Shown here: piece by piece, positions 1-12,691 of the stretch
How positions within the stretch are numbered: position 1 is the first letter of the stretch
Layout: every line of letters begins with the position of its first letter
NCBI GenBank assembly: GCA_030704615.1
Contig: CM060732.1
Coordinates: 54,994,001 to 55,058,000 of the forward strand
Length of the DNA stretch: 64,000 nucleotides
Reading direction: 5' to 3'
Source of the DNA: Takakia lepidozioides
Lineage: Eukaryota > Plantae > Bryophyta
Notes under the pieces: generated by a model
Told to the model about the DNA's origin: nothing
What the model saw: only the letters and a program-made list of their open reading frames with translations
Database searches by the model: none
Program-made: the position numbers and the translations under genes

Positions 1-95
1 TCTGTCTTTCTTTCTCTCTCTCTTCTTCTCCCTGCCAGTGCCACTATTATTCTTGCGCTGACAGTTCCCCTGATACCTTTCATGTGCTGGTTCAG

Positions 96-3000
96 TGGGA
101 AGGATTAGGTGGCGCACAATTGAAGTCACCAGAACGAGTTCAGATGGATCTGGAAGCAAGTGCTGATTTTGCCTCAGATCGAAATGCAGCAAGTTTGTTA
201 CTTGATGGGGTGGGCTGGTCTATACCTCAGTCACCAGTTGGAAAGTGGAATAAATCACCAAAAACCAGTCGATATTCAGCAGAATCTAGCAGCGAGCAGC
301 CCAGAAACAACAGTTTGGAAGTATTGTCCACTGAGGATGAGGGGGCCTGGTTTTGGGTTCCTGGGAAAGGAGATAACTGGGGGAGCCCGGAAGCCTTTTC
401 TCGAACAGGAGCAGGATTGGGATTGGCCAAAGATGAGCAACCTTGGGAGTTGAACTCTATAATATTACACTCATGGCGAGTGCATAGTGGCTCAATGAGA
501 GTCACAGCCGTTGCTGAGGATGAAAACACAATTTTTACAGCAGGGGGAGGGCCAAAGGGAGGTTCAGTAGTCCGACAGTGGAAACTAGCAACTTCTGAAT
601 GTTCTATGGAGTATGGGGGGCATCAAGAGGTTAGTGTTCCCCATGGCTCGTCTGGAAGAATGCATCTAAAGAGACCTTGTCACGTTGAAATTGTTGGAGA
701 TAGGTCTGTTCATGGGTAGTGCTGAGCACAATGTACAGCTCCAATAAACTCAGAATCAACCCCCTCCCCCCCCCCTTTTAATTTTTTCATTTGTAGCATT
801 TGTCATTGACTGGATGGCCTAATAGAATACAAGCAAGCAGCCACTCCAGTGATGCTGTTTAATTATATGGTCAAATTTGTCAGATCTTATGGATCCCTGA
901 CTAGTACCACTGCTTGGCCAGGCGGTGATCGACATCTGCACTCTTCCAGGGAGAGACAGGGTCGCTTCTTGTGATGGGACACTTCATATATGGAGTTCAC
1001 AGACAGGTGAACAGGTTGCCTTCTTTGACGAAGCATCAAGTCCCACATTATCAAGAGTGGCTGCAAGCCTGGACAGTAGTACTGTGGAGGGAAGCAGGGT
1101 TCCAATTAATGGCAGTATCCCACTTGGGGCCACCACGTCAAGTGGTGGTCTACCTGTTAGCTTGACTGGGGGCCATCTATACACATGTCTCCACTCCCTG
1201 GAAGCTGAAGAGAGGCTTGTTACCGGCATGGTCAATGGATCCCTGAGGTAAGGGATCTCAGGTAGCAGCCATTATGATAGAGTGACACGAGCCTAATTCA
1301 AGATTAGCTCCCATGGTCTTACTAGGCTAATTGCTACTTATTCCAGGGGTACTCCATGCTGGATTGACCATCCTGTTGTCTGTGTGGAAGGGCAATTTCC
1401 TTGCATTCCAGTATGGTCACCCTAAACCATAGAAAGTATTGACCTTGTGGACATGCTGTGGCCTTGCAGATTAGACTGACTGTTTCAGGCGTCGTAGGGC
1501 AGCTTTCTACTTGTTCTTGCACTCTTTGGAGATTACCTATAAGACGTTGTTTGCCGTAGCCTTGTGGCCATTGACCCCGCGCCCAGTTTGCACTCTATGG
1601 AGATTACCTGCACACAACCAGAGTGACGGGATGCCTTTTCCATGCATGTTATTTCTGTGATAAACACAGGGCCATAAATTACATCAGTAACTGTCCAACC
1701 GGGCTGTCGAGTTTGCATGTGGACAAGTGCCTCTGTGAGCGCCTTAATGGCAGTTGCGCTGGGATGAGCTAAACTCTGTTGGGTGCGAACCACAAAATGC
1801 TCCAGGGTTGATGGCCTTAAGGCTATGGCAAGCCAATCCTAGCAGGGAACGGCATGAGTACATTCTATGGAAACTCCTGTCTTTGAATTTTCGCTACAAC
1901 TGATCAGAGGTAACTTGCTAGTATGATCGATTGGGAACAGCATTCTTGTTACATTGAGTTCATTTTTATGCCCCTTCTGTATTACAGATTCATCGACATT
2001 GTTGAGGGGCGTCGACTCTTCTCATGGCGTTGTGACCCAGGGGAGGGCTCTTTGTCATCATTTGTGTCAGCCATAAGCTCATCGGGACAGAGGACATCCA
2101 TGGAAGGTGGCACCAAGCATGCCCTGTCTTCTGGGTGGTTGGCAGTAGGTTTCAGTTCTGGGCAGTGCCGTCTTCTGGACTACCGGAGCGGAAGCGTGGT
2201 GGCCCGCTGGCGAGCCCACGATGCTTCAATCACTAAGGTATTAGCTATCTTTCACTTCTTCTCAACTTCCATGTATGGAAGCCCTGTATCTTTGAGTGCA
2301 TGTCTCTCCATCTCTCTTTTCCATGCATGTATGTTTTTGTGACTTAGCAAAGCCTTGATGCAGCTGGAAGCGCTGGAGGAACATCTTCTGGTTTCAAGCT
2401 CTCTTGACAAGACCTTAAGCCTTTGGGATCTACGAAGGTGCTCATTCGTATTCACTTGTTCCTACATCTTTGAGTTGCCAGTGTAAATGTCGTCCTAGGT
2501 TTAGTTGAATACAGATTCATGGTTTTGGGTTTCAAGTCTTTCATCACTTCAGCAGCTGTTGATTAGAATATTGACTATTCTAGTAGGTTACGTTAAATCT
2601 ATCTCCATCTTTAGGTACATGTCTCTCCATCTCTCTTTTCCAGTGTGGCTAAGGCAAACAATGTCTCATGACTACATTTTTTTTTTTGTCAGTGTGGCTG
2701 GAAGTGCAGCCCCAATCTATGTGCTGTATTTGCTTAGAACTAAGCCTTGAGATCAGACCTCAACGCCATATTAGTTTTGTACACAGGTGAGTGTCATGGC
2801 ATTACAGAGCTGAGTCCCATTCGGTGATTGATGTACCCTCCATGCCTAGCTCCAGGCATTCAGTATAACAACCTGTTCAAAATACTGAGTTAGGTGGGCA
2901 CGACAATGGATGGACTCTTACGAGTTTATGAAGAAGAATTCCTGTTCTGTGTAGGGGTGTGCCAAGTCAGCTGCAAACATTTCGAGGCCACTCAGATGGA

Positions 3001-3699
3001 GTAGCAAGCTTTGCCCTTAGGGGCACAGATATGCTGTCAGTTGCTGGCAACAAGATTGGTCTCTCTTCTCTCACGAAGTCACCGCAATCAGTATGTCTCT
3101 TTTTTCTCAGAGAGGTTGAAATCCTTGTCAATTTCTACTCACACACAATACAATAGGGTTTGACAGCGAGACATATAGGGCTTTAATAATGCATCCAATT
3201 GTCTGTCACAATTTTTGAGCCTTAGTGTCAAGTAGGATGGTTCTTTGATTGTGGTACCCAGTGGAGAAAATGGGCATGTGTCATTTTTTACATTGTATGC
3301 TTCTTGATTAACAGTGATGCTACTGAACACCAACATCCAAGTGTGCCCTGTACAAGCATGACCCATGAGTAACTCGGAATCCGTTACAAGTTCTCAAATC
3401 TGACCGAGAAAATCCTTAACACAAGAGATCCATAACTTCAAAGGATTTTAACCTTTTTGTATGTGAGACTGACAGCTTTTTCACAAGGTGGTTATCCTGA
3501 TTTGAAGCCCCTCTGACATCTTAATCTAATGGACATGGGGTTGCAGGGTGAAGAGAGGCAGGTGATTCACCCCCAAAAACTCTACTCTGCTCACCGAGGC
3601 ATACGAGTTCTCTCCCACATTGTCAGCATTGGTGTTCTTCCCTTTTCTCGGTTCTTTCTTCTGGGCACTGAGGACGGCTTCCTCAAAGTATGTACTTAG
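96..3699 (+). CDS. GFS12: 3' part of BEACH/WD40 protein GFS12 (WDR81-like); exons 96-629, 922-1247, 1988-2237, 2364-2437, 2955-3090, 3547-3699; gene starts upstream of the window
   Basis: GT-AG introns with consistent phases join WD40 repeats (RVASCDGTLHIW, WRAHDASITK, LVSSSLDKTLSLWDLR, FRGHSDGV). C-terminus GVLPFSRFFLLGTEDGFLKVCT* resembles plant GFS12. Confidence 0.85.
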
Positions 3700-4209
3700 C
3701 ACACGTCTGCCTCAGTTTCCATCAAGTTTTCTAACTACAAGTCTGAAATGCTTGTGCAAATCTGGGCCCCCAATCCTGTTTTGAGAGGGCTTGATGTTGC
3801 AAGTTCTTTTTTGAGTTAAGTGACAATCTCAGCGTCACACAAAGGTTTCCAGGAAGAGGATTTGCTTACAGCTTGATGGCACCTTGACAACACTAGATCT
3901 GGGATCATTTGTGGTCAATTAAGCAATCCAAGATGATGTAGCAGGCCTAACTTTTCCTTGATTCAAAAAGAATTTTGACGACTTTCTTGGGAGACCCGGC
4001 TTTGTATGAAGGCACCCCCAACAGATGGTCAACTCTGCTGAAGCACGCCGAACTTATGGTATCACATCACCCGAATAAATTATTTTAGTGACGACCTTGA
4101 GACTAATTTTAGTGTAGAGCAGGAATAGGGGGCCATATTGCCACATCATCGGTAGCCACGTCCTTGTCAGCCACGTCATCGTCTCTTTTTTAAGCTTAAA
4201 AAAAAGACA

Positions 4210-5959
4210 TTTTTTATTTTTTTCCCGAACAGGGGACGGTGACCCTGATAGAAATTTTATTAAAAAAGGTGGGAAAATGTAACAGAGAGAAGAAAAAAAT
4301 AACCTCCTAGAAAGGCCATAAAGGCATATCGCATGGGGCACATGGGACAAAACAGCGAGTAGGGGGAAAAGCAGGATGAGGCCTGCCATAGGCCAAGTTG
4401 GACTAGGAAATAAAATCAACCGAGAAGAGAGTTGATAGAGCTAACAAGATATTTGCCTAAGCCTGGCAGAGGGAGCACTATCTGAGTGGAAATACTGTGA
4501 ATGCCTTCGAAACACGAGTGCAGGCAGGAGGTAGTTCTGCAACTCCGGGGTGCACTGTGCTCATCAGGCCCCAAAGTCTAGGTGCGCCGTGGACCTGGAG
4601 GGCCCCTGCTTCTAATGGCACCAGTTGATGTCTGGTGCCTCGGAGTCAGCAGGCGATTTTCCAGGGCCCGGGGACGTCGTCGTGCCAAACAATCCTGGAT
4701 TCATTGAGCCTGGAGAGATGAGGTTGCCCTTTACCCAAGTGAGATCGAATTTCTCGAACAACCGTTGGCGCTTCCTTTCACTGCACCTGTTGGAAGCTGA
4801 AAGCAAAGACATCCACGCCTTACGCCCCTCAGTCATCAAATCAGCATACAACTTGCCAAGGAGCGATCTGATGCTAGGGCGCTTACCCTGGTAGACTAAG
4901 GAACATCTAGCTTTCCAAACTGACCATAGAGCATGACCTCTGAGGGTAGCCCAAATCGGGCATCTGTCCCGCGCAGTCCCATTGTGCAAATCGAGCAGCA
5001 GCAAAGGGGCAGACAGAGGTGGCAGTACTTTCCAATTAGAGTAAAAGTTCCCCACATATCCCCACATTCTGGAGGAAAGATTACAATGAGTCAGGCAATG
5101 CTCCAGCGTTCCCTCGCACCACAGCTGCATAGTAGACAGTTGGGGTCTCCGTTTGTAAAATAGTCGGCTACAGGTAAAATATGATTGGCTATTTTCCACA
5201 AGAAAGCATTGACTTTGGCCAAGCGGTGCTTGGCCCAGATATCTCCCCACACCCTGTTCCAGCACTGGCCTAATAGATTTAAAGGACCATTTGCTGTTCC
5301 ATTTGACTTTGAAATCAGCTTTTCCCAATAACATCATGTAGTCTGCCTTGACTGTGTATCCCGTAAGGGGGTTTTTGTTCTGTCGGACCATTTCCACTCC
5401 CCCGGGTCCATCTGCAGTCTGCTCAGAGGGAAGCATAGGAACCAGAACAGGGGAGTTTTAGAGGCCCAGTATATCTCTTCACCTAGGATGGGTGTTTTGG
5501 GGTCAGGAGTACCTGATTTTACTTCCAGAACTCTGATCCTAACACCTTTTCATGATGCATCTCCCCTGTCCCGAGAATGGTTAGCAACCCGTCAGGAGAG
5601 GCTTGGAATACAAAGCCTATCCAATGTGAAGAATTGGAGGCAGTGGGCAGTAGTGTAAAATTGCCATTGCGTTTGGATGTGCCAAACTAGCAGGGGAGGT
5701 CGTTAATAGTACAGCCACATCCCGTGAGCAGCGGCATCAAATTCGAAACCCCTTGCGTAATATGATCCCAACCATACCTTAAGGAAGAAGCTGACAGGAG
5801 GGACGCCAACATGGGGCGCTCCAAGAAAGCCCCATTCTCCCACACGTTCGCAATGTGCGAGAACCCACGGGATTCCCAAGTTGACCACTTCTTGTTCAGA
5901 GTGGCGAGAGACTCATGGCACAGGTTAGGATTTCCGAAGAGGGGTTGACGTACAGCTTC
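4210..5959 (-). mobile_element. L1-type LINE, 3' part (ORF2 C-terminal zf-RVT-like region, 3' UTR, A-rich tail), degenerate
   Basis: ORF 4612-5436 has TLEHCLTHC...MW and ALWSVWKARCSLVYQ, typical of L1 ORF2 C-termini. AATAAA and an A-rich tail lie on the minus strand near 4210-4265. The element resumes after the LTR insertion at 17673. Confidence 0.8.
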
Positions 5960-6592
5960 TGTCACAGACATAGCCCAGAGGAACTTACTAGGAGTAAACT
6001 CCAGAAATTACCAAGTTATCATGTTATCGGAAGTTATCATGATTTATCATAAGTTATCATTAGTTACCATTAATTACCAAGTTACCGGGAGTTTACCAAA
6101 TTACCGAGAGTAACTTGGGAATGCTCAGGAAGTTTCATTTGGAAGAAACATCTCCATCAAGATACCTCATATGCTTAAGGAAACTTCTCCATCAAGAAAC
6201 CTCCATTGGGGAAGCTTCTTAGGGAATTTCCTAGTAACTAGTATATATAGGAGGTGAGACTAGACACTCTTCAGTCTCGCCAACACAAGTTCAAGCTTCT
6301 CTTGTTCCCAGTCCCAGTACTCCAGTCCAACTTCTAGTATTCTAGTCCAACAGGAAGCTTCACGGTGAAGATATGACTCCCCATCGGTGCGGAGCGTGTA
6401 GGGGAAAACTCCGGGAAGGTTAGAATCAAAGTGAGCGAGGGTCTTGTGGAGGAGCAAAGGGGGACCGTTATGTCCCGGTGAGCAGCCGAAACTCCGAGTT
6501 GGCCCGGCGGCCAGTTTGGGAGTTAGGCACGCGCATCAAAGCGAATAACTATGACTTGTAGGAGAGCTTACCGAAGTGAGGTGTGCGACACT

Positions 6593-6604
6593 TGGTATCA
6601 GAGC
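6593..6604 (+). promoter_or_regulatory. PBS complementary to initiator tRNA-Met
   Basis: TGGTATCAGAGC 2 nt after the LTR-terminal CA. Confidence 0.9.
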
Positions 6605-6639
6605 TTAGAGTTCAGTACGCGATCGTCTTTGGCCTCATC

Positions 6640-9600
6640 ATGGGGTCGGGCAAGACAAAACGAAAGCGGAACGGCCCGAAAGATGATGATCCTGGTGAGT
6701 CCGGTGGGGGCGACATGTCACCGAAGCGGCAATTGGAAGAGGCGATTCATGCTTTTGAAAGCGAGGCCGCTCAAGAACGGGAGGAATTTTGGGAGTCGGA
6801 GCCCGAGGACTTCCCAGAGGCTCCGCCAGACCAACAGATGTCTCTCATGCCAGCAACCTTTTGGGAAGGTTCTTGGCGCAGTTTGGCGGGACGTTGAAAG
6901 ACGTATTGAAGGCGGCTAATATCACTTCCATTAAGGCAAAGTTTAAGGTGAAGCCTAAGGAACCCGGCATCTTCGAGGGCGTCCGAAATCGGAAGGCACT
7001 CAACACCTGGCTTTTGGAGCTAGAGCAGTACTTCCAAGCGACCAAGTTGAGTGACGAGGATCGGGTGGAAGTGGCTCCCACCTATTTGAGGGGCTATGCT
7101 CAACAATGGTGACAGAAACGCCTTCATGACCAAGGTCCAAACCCATAAACCTTGAGCTGGAGTGGGTTCAAGGAACTTATGAAAAGACAGTTTGTGCCCC
7201 TCAACGCGTTCTGGCTCACCCGGGACAAGATGAGGAATTTGAAGCAAACGGATGACATTTGGGGATATGTTCAGGCTTTCAATGTGATGTTGCTCGAAGT
7301 CGTGGATATGACGGAACCAGAAATGGTCTTCAATTTTGTGGCGGGACTGGCCCCATGGGCCAGGCGGAAGTTGGAGGAGAAGCCACCTAAGACTTTGAAT
7401 GAGGCAATTGAAAGGGTTGAATGTTTCTCGGATGTCCCTAGGGGCGAAAGACAAGGCCGTACGGAGCTAAACCACAAGAAGGCTCGGCGGGAGGGTGATT
7501 CCTTCCGACCGGAAAAGAAGTGGGATAGGCCACGCGGTGAAAATGGCACATGGAAATCGAAGGGAGGGCATTCACACGTCAAAGCAGCACTCGATGCTCC
7601 GAAAAGAAAATCAGGTGCGGCGGCTTATGGCAGACAGAAAGCAACATTTGATGGAGTGTGCTTTAATTACGGGGAGCCCGGACACATGGCCAAGAGGTGT
7701 GCGAAACCCCGACAATTGAACATGACTCAGGCGACCACGGAGCTGTCCGAAGAGTCCATCAACCGCTTGGTGGAGGCGGTGGTCGCCAAGACTTGCAAGG
7801 TAAGCAACTACGCTTGTGAATTGTATCAGGAGACTGGCCCCTTGCGTAAAGGGAGTCAGTTAATGTTCGTGAGTGGGATAATTTTCGGAACTAACATGCC
7901 GTTGTTGATGGACACAGGAGCGTCGCACTCCTTCATGACACCGACAACGGCACGGAAGCTAGGGCTCCCGACAAGTGATGTGGGGGCCTCTATTGAAGTG
8001 CGTTCTGCCAAAGAAGAACCACAACTGGCGACGAGGTTGGCGTTCGATGTTCCTCTTCAGCTCGGGGGTTGGGAGGGACGTAAGAACCACCATTTGCGAG
8101 ATCGATGGAGTGGATCTCATTTTGGGAATGACCTTTTTGAGCAAATCCGGAGCGGTCATAGATGGTCGCAAGAGAATAGTCATGCTACCGTGTGGGAATG
8201 GGGGGCGAAGTTAGGGGTATTGAAAACGCCCAACCGAGTGGGAGGGCGAATAAACCTGCTATCAGCAAAGGAGTGGGCCGTGGAGGAGCCACACGAGCCC
8301 CAATTTTTGCTTTACGTAAGACAAGTGGAAGGAGAAGTCGATAGGGAGCCCAGATTGGATCAAAGGGATCTTGGAGAAATACCAGGATGTGATGCCGGAG
8401 GATTTACCAAACGGATTGCCACCGCGAAGAGGAGTTGACCACAAGATAGAGGTGATACCGGGATCGGAACCGCCTGCCAAGGCGCCCTACCGGTTGAGCC
8501 ACAGAGAGTTGGTCGAGCTGAAGGCCCAGCTCAAGGATCTAATGTCAAAGGGGTACATCTGGCCGATTAAGTCACCTTATGGAGCCCCGGTACTATTCGC
8601 AGACAAGAAGGATGGGAGGCTGCAGATGTGTGTCGATTACAGGGCTCTGAATAAGGTGACTATCAAAAATCGGTACCCTTTGCCAAGGATCGACGACCTC
8701 TTCAATCGGTTGGCAGGAGCAAAGTATTTCAGCCGGATCGATTTGCGCGCAGGTTACCATCAAATCCGAGTGGCGGAAGGAGATGAGGAGAAGACCGCGT
8801 GCAAGACAAGATATGGTTCATATGAGTTCTTGGTGATGCCTTTTGGGCTCACCAATGCACCCGCAACCTTTAGCACGCTAATGAACAGCCTTTTCCAAGA
8901 GTGGTTGGATGACTTTGTGATTGTGTACATCGACACATCTTGGTGTATTTGAAAACAAATGAAGAGCATCTGGAACACCTCAAAAGGGTGTTCCAGAAAT
9001 TGTGAGAAGGGAAGTTGTATGCCAAAGCTTCAAAGTGCGAATTCGGGGTCACAAAATGGAGTTCTATGGCATATGATTACACAGGATGGGATCAAAATGG
9101 ATAAGAGAAAGGTGATGGCAATCTTGGACTAGGAGCCTCTGACTTCGGTCCCGGGAGTGCGATCCTTTCTAGGACTCGCCTCCTATTACTGAAAGTATGT
9201 GAGAAATTTTGCCAAGATCGCGGGGCCGCTGTCAGACCTTCTGTGTAAGTCCGAGGTATGGGTATGGAACACATTTTGTGGCCAAGCTTTTGCCGAGTTG
9301 AAGCAGCGGATGGCGGAAGCTCCAGTCCTGAAAATCCCGGAGTTTGACCATCCATTTGAGATTCATACAGACCTTCTGTATTTTGCCACACAGCCTAAGT
9401 TGTCCCCAAAACAACTTAGGTGGCAAGACATTTTGGCAGTGTTCGACGTGGATATCCAGTACAAACCGGGACGGGACAACGTGATGGCCGATGCTTTAAG
9501 TAGAAAGCAGCAGCTCCTGTTGGTGTACAGGGGCGAGACGGCGCTCCAAAGGAAGATCCGGAAAGTTTACCGGAAGGATGAGATGACGAAGTTCGTGATG

Positions 9601-10994
9601 GAGGACTTGAGATTAGGGGTTAAATCGCAGTTCCACTTGTATAATGGACTGCTCCGGTACAAGCAAATACGTCTCTACGTGGCGAAGGGAGGCATCAGAG
9701 ATAGTCTCTTGAGAGAATGCCATGATGGCCCGCTTGCGGGCCATGACGGAGCCAAGCGCACTGCGGCACTCTTGAAAAAAGAGTATTTCTGGCCCAAACT
9801 GAGGGAGGAGGCCGAGGAGTATGTCAAGACATGCACCACATGCCAACAAAACCGGAGCGAGTACAAAAAGCAAGCGGGGCTGTTACAACCCTTGTCGATT
9901 CCAGAGGGGTCTTGGGAAAGTGTCTCGATGGATTTCATGACTGCTTTGCCGCTGTCAAAAGGATTCGATGCAATCATGGTGGTGGTGGATAGGTTCAGTA
10001 AAATGGGCCATTTCATCCCCACCAAAGAGACGGCAACGGCGCAGGAGACGGGGCGACTTTACTTCGCCAACATCTTCAGGCATCATGGACTCCCGAAGGA
10101 TATTGTCTCGGACCGCGATCCAAAGTTTACAAGTAAATTTTGGAGGGCACTTTGGTAGAAAATGGGGACGAGGCTCAAGATGAGCACGGCCTTCTGACCT
10201 ACGACGGACGGCCAAACGGAAAGAGTGAATTTTGTGGTGAAGCAGATCTTGCAGAATTTTGTGTCGGCAAAATAGTCAGACTGGGTGGAGCACTTGGATG
10301 CGGCAGAGTTCTGTTATACTAACACAAAACACTCCGCAACGGGAGTTTCCCCTTTCGTATTGGTCTAGGGAAAAACACCTCTGGCGCCGACAAGTTGGGT
10401 CGCCTAGGACATTGAGGAGCCGGCAGCAGCAGCGGTGCTAGAAGAACGCGAGTGTTTGTTGGAGCTCGCAAAGTACAACATTGTCAAAGCTAGGAAACGG
10501 TATGAATGGCAGACGAATCGGAAACGGAGGGAAGTTAAGTTTGAGGCAGGCACGGAGGTCTGGTTGAACATCAAGAATTTCGACTACCTCCGGAAGTGAG
10601 TCCAAAGTTCGTACCTCCGTATGCGGGGCCCTTTTGCATCCGGAAGGTTATGAATGAGGATGTGTATGAATTGGAGCTGCCGGCAAACAGCAAGGTGCAT
10701 CCGGTATTCCACGTTTCCTTTTTGAAGCCTTACTTCAAAGATGAAGCGCGTCTGAATCGGCATCAAGTGTTCCGTCCGCCACCAGTGCTGTTGGATCATG
10801 AAAATGAACCTGAGTACGAGGTGGAGGCAGTACTTAAGTTGAGGAGGTTCAAGAATCGAGAAATGGAGAATCTCGTGAAATGGAAGGGCTATCATCAAGT
10901 GGAGGCAACTTGGGTGCGTGCCTCAGAAATGGGAAACGCATCTGAGGCGGTTGCAGTTTTCGAAGGGCAACCTCAAAAGCGGAAGATTCGTTGA
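6640..10994 (+). pseudogene. Degenerate gag-pol of the inner chromovirus (gag, CCHC knuckle, protease, RT, partly deleted RNase H, integrase, chromodomain)
   Basis: ORFs 6789-7112, 7152-8438, 8371-8952, 9199-10158 and 10596-10994 contain [44 protein letters not shown]...IVSDRDPKF and EYEVEAVL...LVKWKGY. Confidence 0.9.
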
Positions 10995-11834
10995 TGGGGA
11001 CAACCAGCACCACCCAGTGCACTCTTCTTAGCCCACTTCAAGGCCAAGGAACGATCCTCCCCGAGGATCGAATCGCCTTACTGCAACAACATTGTTTGCG
11101 ATCGCTCATGATGTCGCTTTTTGGTATCACCTTGAGCAAGGGTTCACCTTGAACCCTTTTTTACTAGGAAGATAACCTTGAACCAACCGTGCGCCCCAAT
11201 CATTACAATTGGGTCCGCCTTGGAATGCTGGCCTGAGGTACGAGAACACGCCGAAGCCGCACTACGACTTCGTCCCGAGGTTACACGATTATAGTACGTG
11301 AATGGAAGCACGTAGCTTCTGTGTTAGCCCGCACTACAAGACAACCCCCTCGGTAACGCAGTTATAGTACGCACACGCGCCAAGTGCGCACTAGCACATG
11401 AACTCCCAAAGAAGGCGCAAGTTTCCTTGCCCCTTGGATGTGAGTCACTCGATTTCGGCACTGCGCAAACACACGATTAATCCAATTTACCTCTCCCATT
11501 TTTGAAGCACAACATTTGGAAACCATTTCATTTATAAACAAAAATTTGTGCAACACAAGTTTTTGCAATCGGATTTCTGAGCTAGCTAAGCCAGACTAGG
11601 CATGCATTTCCTCCCCCCACGATCCAAGGTTGATGTCCACCCTTGGCCGGGACTTGGAGGAAGTCAACCGAACTAGCTAGTGGAGAGTAGAGTCAAGTGG
11701 GGGTTTGGTTCTTTGCCAAGGGACGCAATGGTATGGAAACAAACTCCTTGATGTAGGACGCCACAACTTGGATGTTAGTTTCTATAAAATGGACAAGTCG
11801 ATGAGGACATCGACTCCCTGTTGGTAGGGGTGTG

Positions 11835-12558
11835 TGTCGTGGCTCTTTGCCTTATGAACAGGGGGTCGAGACACAAAAGGGGCTGCCCCTGTGGTGGGGG
11901 CAGTGGCAACAATAGGTACGGGGGCTGAAGCACCCTTGAGTGCCCAAGGCACTCAAGGAGCGGAGACGCTCACTAGGTGGAGCCCCGTACACCGGGTTGC
12001 GGTGGGGGTGGTTCCACGAGGGGTAGTGGTAGCTTAGTGGGTCTTAGTGGGGGTGACGTAAGACTCACCATGGGGCGGAGACCTTGTGGTGAGAGTCGTG
12101 GGGAGTCTTGGGACTCATCACGGTCCATTGGGGCCGTGGTGGGTGGGCCAAGACTCACCGCGACTCATCACCGAGAGTCAAGGGTCTTCATGGTGGTTCG
12201 CCATAAAATGATTGGGTTGTTTGTGAAACCCCAACGGACAGTCACAGAAGTATATATATGGAGTAGTAACCCCGATAACGGTGTAAGTCCGTTGGTGACC
12301 AAAAACTAGTGAGTAAGCGTACGAGCCGGAAAGCGACCAAGGTGTAGGGAGTTGTTCCGGACTGCCAACAACCAAAGGGAATTTCCACTAGGCCCAAAGT
12401 GAGCAAGGGTTTTGTGAAGGAACAAAAGATGACCGTTATGTCCCGGTGAGCAGCCGAAGCTCTGAGTTGGCCCGCTGGCCAGTTTAGGAGTTAAACGCGC
12501 GCATCAAAGCGAGTAACTATGACTTGAAGGGGAGCTTACCGAAGTGAGGTGCGTGACA
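11835..12558 (+). repeat. 3' LTR of the inner chromovirus
   Basis: TGTCGT...GTGACA preceded by a purine tract; its 3' part matches 6428-6590. Confidence 0.85.
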
Positions 12559-12680
12559 CATCATGCATTCGGCCACGCCGACCTTGACTTCTTGTCTAGT
12601 TTTGTGCCTCTAGTCTGATATCTTGTTTGGGTTCAGTCATGTTCTCGTTTGTGTTCAGTCATGTTCTCGTTCTTGACAGT

Positions 12681-12691
12681 TTGACGAGACT
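12681..12691 (+). promoter_or_regulatory. Self-priming primer-binding site (Tf1-type)
   Basis: TTGACGAGACT lies 2 nt after the 5' LTR end and is complementary (10/11) to AGTCTCGCCAA at 6273-6283, about 31 nt downstream of the LTR TATA box. Confidence 0.75.

Larger units (their letters stand above)
6350..12558 (+). mobile_element. Ty3/gypsy chromovirus (Galadriel-like), inner element nested in the outer 5' LTR; 5' LTR truncated (about 6350-6590), 3' LTR 11835-12558
   Basis: tRNA-iMet PBS TGGTATCAGAGC at 6593-6604, PPT GGTAGGGG before TG at 11835, 6428-6590 homologous to 12396-12558, and outer LTR sequence resumes at 12559. Confidence 0.9.
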
